A stretch of DNA of 62,706 nucleotides, the filler included, from Diploschistes diacapsis (taxonomy: Eukaryota): the NCBI GenBank assembly GCA_023645945.1. It is 15 parts of 15 records of this genome, joined end to end, with 100 filler letters (N's around TTAATTAATTAA, not from the genome) between each part and the next. Parts side by side here need not be neighbours in the genome. Positions count along the whole stretch, not along the records: positions 39,838 to 61,177 come from JALAIB010000311.1; positions 61,278 to 62,706 come from JALAIB010003110.1; 13 more parts are not named here. One strand, given 5' to 3'. The notes under the pieces were generated by a model. That model ran no database searches. It was not told where the DNA came from and saw nothing but the letters and a program-made list of their open reading frames with translations. Numbering within the stretch: the stretch's first letter is position 1; each line of letters begins with the position of its first letter. The translations under genes and the position numbers were made by a program. Shown one piece after another: positions 56,308 through 62,706 of the stretch.

Positions 56308-57981
56308 ATGGACGGCGCGACAATGTTCAGCGACCTTCCAGGCATCGACCCAGATTTTGATTATACCTTACAAGGCCAATGCCGCGATCAGAGTACTTAC
56401 AACCCATACGACATGCGGACGCCTAGATCTGGTCCAAGGTCGTATGGAGTAGTACCTATGGGTCTCCGTCCTGGGAGCTATCCGCAGCCCAGGGAGCTTT
56501 CAGCCTTTGCACCGGTTGGATGCGTTGAGAGTTCCGATTACAACTCCTCAGTCATCCACAATGGGTATGCCCAGTCTCCCTGGGGTCACGCTATCCCCGA
56601 AGCCCCAGTGCGGCCGGATGGATGCCACGCTTGGGCTTCCAAAGCTTCCCCTTCGCCATCATTTACTGACGGATCCGCAAGCGAGGATGGTTTAAACATT
56701 GCGTCGAGGCAGTGGAACATTACGGCTGGGAAAAGGGATGGCTTTGGTTATGCCAACCATTACTTGCCGATAACCCCTCCGTCGCCAGCCTCATCAATAG
56801 CAGACACGCACTACGGGGCTGGTGACTGCGCCAGCTACCCTCCCGCGGGGCCCGTGTGCTACGGCAATAGTTGCCCGGCTTCCGGGATCAAAATGGAAGA
56901 TATTCAACAATATCCCGACCCCTATCCGGAGGATCGGTTCGACGAGCTCAACAGAGACGAAATCGAGACAATACGGGCAAACCTCCTCGATACGAGGATG
57001 GCTGCGTGTCCGGAGCCTGAAGACCAGGCTTTGACCCTGGCGTCCAGTGCGAGTCAGATCGAACCCATCAAAGAGGAAAGCATGGAGGAAGAGGTAGAAG
57101 AAGAAGAAGAAGAAGAAGAAGAAGACGTCATGTCGGACTACTCGCCCCGATCACAGAGGAAGTTAAAAGTCAACCATGGCACACGCTTGAGAGATCGTGC
57201 TCACAGAGCGACTAAACCGACCATTCGACGCTCAAAGCGCCCAAATCCTAGTCAAGTTGCCAAACGGCCTCAGAAGGCCAATGCCGCACATGAGGCCGTT
57301 CCGCTCTCTTCGAGTCGGATATCCTGCCCACATTGCTCACAGTCGTTGCACAGCAAAGCAAGCCTCAGCAAGCATGTTGCCACGGCCCATACCCGACCCT
57401 TCACCTGTACTTTCCGAGAGTATGGCTGCCCGTCTACCTTTGGATCGAAGAACGAGTGGAAGCGGCATGTGTCCTCTCAGCATCTGCGTCTAAGCTTCTG
57501 GCGGTGCCAGCTTGGAAGTTGCTATCCACAGCCAAGTTCGGTCGGCAGTAAAGAGGGGAGGGAGGAAGAGCTGGTGTTCAACGATTTCAACCGCAAGGAT
57601 CTTTTCATGCAGCACTTGCGACGAATGCACGCTCCGCATGCGTCCAGTTCCCCAGCGGACAGGGCAGCGTTCAACTCCTCCCTGGAGAACATCGGCCGAC
57701 AGTGCTTCGTCGCGGTACGCACCACACCACCTCGAAGTATTTGCGGTTACTGCACAACGGCCGAGGGCAGGGAACAGATCTTCGAAGGTCCGGGAACTTG
57801 GGAGAACCGCATGGAGCATGTCGGAAGGCACCTGGAGAGCGGCCACGGCGAAGAGAGGGCATGGGCAAAAGACGGCTATCTCGAGCGGTGGCTTGTCGAG
57901 GAGGGTTTGGTGGAGGGCAGCGATAGCAAGGGATGGCGCCTAACGGGCTTGCCATCCGAGGATGGGGGACGGAGGAGATGA
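56308..57981 (+). CDS. C2H2 zinc-finger transcription factor (557 aa)
   Basis: CPHCSQSLHSKASLSKHVATAHTRPFTCTFREYGCPSTFGSKNEWKRHVSSQH; DFNRKDLFMQHLRRMH; CGYC..WENRMEHVGRH; acidic poly-E followed by a basic segment. Confidence 0.92.
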   Translation: MDGATMFSDLPGIDPDFDYTLQGQCRDQSTYNPYDMRTPRSGPRSYGVVPMGLRPGSYPQPRELSAFAPVGCVESSDYNSSVIHNGYAQSPWGHAIPEAPVRPDGCHAWASKASPSPSFTDGSASEDGLNIASRQWNITAGKRDGFGYANHYLPITPPSPASSIADTHYGAGDCASYPPAGPVCYGNSCPASGIKMEDIQQYPDPYPEDRFDELNRDEIETIRANLLDTRMAACPEPEDQALTLASSASQIEPIKEESMEEEVEEEEEEEEEDVMSDYSPRSQRKLKVNHGTRLRDRAHRATKPTIRRSKRPNPSQVAKRPQKANAAHEAVPLSSSRISCPHCSQSLHSKASLSKHVATAHTRPFTCTFREYGCPSTFGSKNEWKRHVSSQHLRLSFWRCQLGSCYPQPSSVGSKEGREEELVFNDFNRKDLFMQHLRRMHAPHASSSPADRAAFNSSLENIGRQCFVAVRTTPPRSICGYCTTAEGREQIFEGPGTWENRMEHVGRHLESGHGEERAWAKDGYLERWLVEEGLVEGSDSKGWRLTGLPSEDGGRRR

Positions 57982-60061
57982 TGATCTCTGCTACGATTTC
58001 ATGAGACTACGAAGGTGCGCGGACTGGGACGTATAATGGATACAAGAGTAATGGTAATGCGCCGTGCAACTAATGGATTGTAGCCCATAGCCGTATATTT
58101 TGTATATGAACCAAAAAAAAGTTTGTTGTCTGCCAGTCGGAACTTCCCCGCCCACTGTTTCTGCCAATGGCTGCAAGATCATGCAGTCTTCTTGACGGAA
58201 AGCCCAATGGCAACAGACCGGAGCCAGGAGCGTGTCAAAGCCAAAGCAGCGGGTCCCAGGTCCGTGGGCAGAATCATTGCTATACGCACACACGAAATGA
58301 CCACCACTGCCTTTTTGATAAACCCCTCCCCCGGCCCCTGGTGCTGCTGGTGGGCTTCAGAAGACTCAGGAAGATCCGTTCAGCAATGAAAAAGCAACGG
58401 TGAGACGATTGTTTAACGAGGTTAGGAGAAAGTTGGGCGCTTAAACGAAAAGACTGTGACCAGCGGTCGTTGGGTCGCAATCGTTTCAGGATGATATCGG
58501 CGAGGTTGCAGCGGGCTGAACGAAGCATTCATCGACATTCGGAGATGCTATACGCACACAGACACAGACGATCGCACAGACGAGGCAAACTAGGCTGTAA
58601 CTTGTGAGCAGAACATGTGCGCCTATACTCCACCAGAATCCTTGGGCCTTGTGCCTTGTCCCTGGTCCTTTACCGCTTGAAGGCCAGCAAGCTCCGGGGC
58701 AGAGGCCAGGTTTTCTCTTTACTCTTCTACTTCTTTTTTGCTCTTTTGGTCCCGCCCAGCATCTTAGATTGCGCCCGATTAAGCAGCTGCGCCTACCGCT
58801 GTGGTATTTGCCTCGTTTCGTAAGAATCCTACTACCCTCGCCGTCGGCGCTACTTGGTGCAGTGCTTGTGCACAAGTCGCAGTGCGTCGCCATGTGCCCC
58901 GTCTCCATTGGCCGGTTCGAGCCAAAAATTTTCCTCGCGCATACTAGCTGAAGCCTGTTCAAGGCAACCCCTAGGCAAAGCAAAAAATAGCGAAGAGACG
59001 CTGCAGATGCGCAAAAAGATTGGAGATCAACTCGCAACCTAGTATACGTCCCCACTTGTACTCCGACTGCAGCGATTTGCGGAGTTGGCACTTCAACCCT
59101 CCGCCAACCATCTTTTCCCCCTACCTACTACTATGTAAGCACTGATGGGTCTCGCCAACGTTAGTCATCTGCGAGAACCCCCGCAGATCATTGTTGTTCG
59201 ACACTGCAGCTCAGCTCGTTTCAGCCTCTGCTCCCTTATGGTCGATCTCCAGAAGGGCCGGCAGTGCAACCACCAAGAGGCCAGGAAGGTAACATGTCAC
59301 AAACTTGGACAAGGGAAAAGCACCTGAACCAAAAAAAATAAGTCGATCGATCCGTACATCGGTCAGTAAGCCCGGGCAGGAAACACAAGATCTTTTTCTT
59401 AGAGAGAGACACTACACCATCAAATGATTCCATCGAGTCAAGTCTGACTTTGCCTATCTTTCAAGACTGTTGTGAAGGCTAGTGATGCACATAGCGAGAC
59501 TTTCACTTATGTCTTTGGCATCGGAAAAGGCTCACTTGATTCCGGACACTACACAAGAAAGCCGATGCTGGTAGTGTCTTCCTGTCAAGAGTGTTCTGTT
59601 TGACGCTCCCAGGCTGGGTGATCACCCTTTCGCACAAAAATCCTATCCTGTCTGTCCTTCCATATGTGATTATCTGACTGCCCCCAGTCTAGGCTTTTCA
59701 ACGTCATTGAAGGCCTCCTCATGGGTCGATGCGGTTGCGAGAGGACATCGTCTTCCTTGTCCATGTCACTTGGGAAAAGATGAATATACCTTCCTTCGAG
59801 AATGTCTTTCGATGAACACGCTTTAGGACAAGCCGATCGGGACGATTAAAGTATTTTACAGGTACATGAAGGATGAAAGCAGATAGTTCATCTTGTTGCA
59901 AATAATTCTGTCAATATATAGAGAAGAGGGTCGATTCGGCCTGATCTCACAGTCGCGCCTGCGTTGAAGCCTGACTGCTCAGCCCTTCGCATCGCCCCAA
60001 CCATAGGCACCCGCACCTCGACCGACCATCCCGCTATATCCTTCATATCCCCTTGTTCTTA

Positions 60062-60900
60062 CACTTCGACCCTGACGGGTAGTCGCGCGTACAGCAGCAT
60101 CCCTTGATCACCTGTCCAAAACGTACATCAGTCAGATCCGGGAACCCTCCCTCCTGGAACCGCTGGCGTACAGATTCCCCATACGCCCATCTTGCGTCTC
60201 CTATGGGGGGAATTGCCTTCATAAAAAAGATAACGGCCAGTCATGATGATCTAGGTGGTAGTGCCAAGGCTAAAGACGTCGCGCCGTGGCGTCTCGTCGT
60301 CGTCTGCCATGGTCGGATCAGAAAACGGGTCGTCAGGGAAGGTTCTGCCCCATCCAGCCTGAGAATTTTTGCATGGAAGCACCTCCAAAGTCGCTCAGCA
60401 GCAAGTCGAGGGACTTTCCATTATAGTGGACGAGGGGGTTTCATATGCTCAAGTCCTGATGCACGATGCCTTGCTCGTGAATATGAGCCACAGCTTGAGC
60501 GGCCTGGAGACTCCATGTTACACGTATCCCGTCATCAATCGAAGCGTTGTCTCTTTCGATATATATGCCTCAAACGGTCCTTTATTTGCTTCACCTGACA
60601 CAAGGCATTCTTTGTTGTTCGGTACTCGCCGCAACCATGAAACCTGCCAGCCGTGTTAGCTATGCGGAAAATTGTCAATGGGCAAGTAAAGCGCAACGGA
60701 GCGGACTTCCAGATTCTTGGACGAGAACTCAGTCCTTTGAATATTTCTGTTCCCACTGGGAAAGAGTTCGCGATCATGCCGCGCAGTTGTTGACAAGTTC
60801 GCGACCGTGTCCGGTATATCTCGCGGCACTTACTTACTGGGTGCAGTTATTCTGACCGAAATATTTGCGGTTATTTATTTTAGCGTACGGCGTAGAATGT
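60062..60900 (-). pseudogene. Ser/Thr protein kinase pseudogene
   Basis: WSLQAAQAVAHIHEQGIVHQDLSI*NPLVH..LDLLLSDFGG..PDDPFSDP..RRDVFSLGTTT*IIMTG..FPDLTDVRFGQVIKGC. Stops at 60443-60441 and 60253-60251, several frameshifts, and a retained intron at 60706-60644. Confidence 0.88.
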
Positions 60901-61016
60901 TGGTGTAACGGAATGGCCTCACATTCTAATTATTTATATACAATTCAAAGGATCTATAAAGTAAATAGATTTTTATAAATATTCAATATTAAAGTGAAGC
61001 TATTTAAGGATTAGAT

Positions 61017-61177
61017 TAGGCTGCTCGTCACTGACACTAACACTGCGATGTCCGTGACGCGGACACCGACGGTGTTAGTATCCGTTTTTAAATTTTTTTT
61101 GAAACTGCGTTGTGCGTGTCCCATATTTTTATGGTAATGTAATGTCCGTATCCGTATTTAAAATTTTTTAATTATAG
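61017..61177. mobile_element. Diverged MITE copy at the end of contig B
   Basis: TAGGCTGCTCGTCACTGACACTAACAC..., with TGTCCGT subrepeats. Confidence 0.75.
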
Positions 61178-61277
61178 NNNNNNNNNNNNNNNNNNNNNNN
61201 NNNNNNNNNNNNNNNNNNNNNTTAATTAATTAANNNNNNNNNNNNNNNNNNNNNNNNNNNNNNNNNNNNNNNNNNNN

Positions 61278-61700
61278 CACCTATATAATACGGTAATAGA
61301 CTATATTATCTTCGAGATAAGCTTTAAACCAAACCATTGTAACCATTTGGAGTTACCCTCTGTCAAAGGACGAAAGAAAGTCGAAGAAACCTTAATTGCT
61401 TATCGATTAGATCCGGAATTAACCAAAAACGGTAAATCCCTGATTATCAAGATCTTACCACGTGTTACAGTAGATAGTGGTAATAAAATTAATATAAAAG
61501 ATTTAACATGCTTGCCCGCCCCCCGTGAAACCGATAAACGAGTTTACACGAACAATAATTCTAATCGAATCTTCGTTATCAACGTTATAACCTTCGACGT
61601 CGCCAGTCGATAAACTGGGACAGAAATCTTTCCCATCTCGATAAAAGAAATCGATCAATAGTTAAAAAAGAAAAAAACAATAAGAAATAATAACGAAAAA
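61278..61700 (+). mobile_element. Probable Ty3 pol remnant (protease-RT linker region)
   Basis: AT-rich, stop-containing frame ending VITFDVASR*TGTEIFPISIKEIDQ. No catalytic motif seen. Confidence 0.35.
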
Positions 61701-61867
61701 TGTAACAGATACCTGTGACAGTCCTCCGGGCGAGCGGAGGATCTCAGCCCTAGCACCACGCCAAGGCCACTGGCCCATATAAGAGGAATTTTTAAAAAGA
61801 AGTTTCCTACTTTCTTCTTTAGAAATTAGTTCATAAATATTATAATCGTTATTACTATATTATTGCA
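61701..61867 (+). mobile_element. Short LTR-like element, followed by a possible degraded gag start (61920 onward)
   Basis: Termini TGTAACA...ATTGCA, GC-rich 5' part and a TATAAG box. Confidence 0.55.
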
Positions 61868-62440
61868 TCTTATCCTTTATAGTTTCAATCTTTTTCTAGT
61901 GAAGCAGTGATCCGGTAAAATGGCGAAAGGAAAGCAAAAGGCCGCGACTATATCCCGAAATATTAAAAAATCGGTAGCAATCGTAGATCTAACGGACATC
62001 GTTATTTCATCCCGACGGGAATCATTAATGCATAACGAGATATTAACGGAATCCCCACGGTCAGTAACCGTAGAGGCCTCGCGAAAAAAAGAAATCGTCG
62101 AAAGGAAACGCGTCACCGTCGAAATTCTTAAATTAGGCAAAAAAGATTAATTAAATTCTATTAATGAAAAAGAATATTTATCGAACGTAAACCCTTCGCG
62201 ATTTAATCGGGAACATATCGTTTATTTTAAAAAAAAACGAGAGAGACTATTAAAATAAAAAAGAATATAAACTCTAATTATAGAAATAACCAATCTAGAG
62301 ATTTAATCACGTCTCCGATAATCGAAACGGAACATACAACTTAAATTATTTATAAGTGAGTCGTATTTAGCGAGCACGTTATTAACGCCACGAGATACCT
62401 TCGACTTTAATCTTTATTTAAGTATTAGAAATTATCTATA

Positions 62441-62706
62441 ACGTATATGCATAGCGAGCGGACACTTATAGCGAACGGATATCCCCCATTTAATTTTATA
62501 AACTTTTAACTTTCGTATCAACTTTCTACGCGTACGATTATGGAATTATCTGTAATTAAAAATAGAATCATAATAATATTTTAGGTTATTAAATAAGACC
62601 TAAATCTTAATATAAAACGCGTATTGTAGATATATAAGATTTCTTATACGACGCTTATTGCTCGACGCGATAATCGTACTTTAAAACACGATATCTTAAT
62701 TAATTT
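62441..62706. mobile_element. pogo/Fot1-type DNA transposon end (TIR)
   Basis: TA + ACGTATATGCATAGCGAGCGGACAC, the same TIR as at 25786. Confidence 0.8.

Noticed and set aside
58486..59091. 201-aa minus-strand ORF
   Set aside because: Non-ATG start, no motif and no coding-like composition; treated as a chance ORF.

Overview
This is filamentous ascomycete (Pezizomycotina) genomic DNA, but not a continuous locus. It is 15 contigs joined by 14 artificial 100-nt linkers (N44-TTAATTAATTAA-N44), so adjacency across a linker has no biological meaning. Two contigs are gene-rich and ~21.3 kb long. Contig A (3070-24419) carries a cytochrome P450, TIM17, an ankyrin-RCC1-BTB protein, NOT4, the complex I 30-kDa subunit, a CtvD/PaxA-like membrane protein and BUD22. 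Contig B (39838-61177) carries a coiled-coil hypothetical protein, STT3, two C2H2-type zinc-finger proteins, a five-exon CYSTM gene, an orphan ORF and a protein-kinase pseudogene. The thirteen ~1.43-kb contigs are AT-rich, RIP-mutated transposon debris: Copia and Ty3/chromovirus remnants, pogo/Fot1 fragments, several mosaic solo-LTR families, and seven copies of a TAGGCTGGCCGT-ended MITE. The most interesting signal is at the NOT4 3' end. An in-frame 189-nt exitron encodes an NLS-like basic motif, and a phase-compatible downstream acceptor fuses an otherwise orphan 666-aa ORF onto Not4. Together these predict combinatorial isoforms of about 800-1527 aa. All gene models were spliced by hand from GT/branch/AG signals and checked for frame. 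Family assignments come from motif recognition, not database searches.
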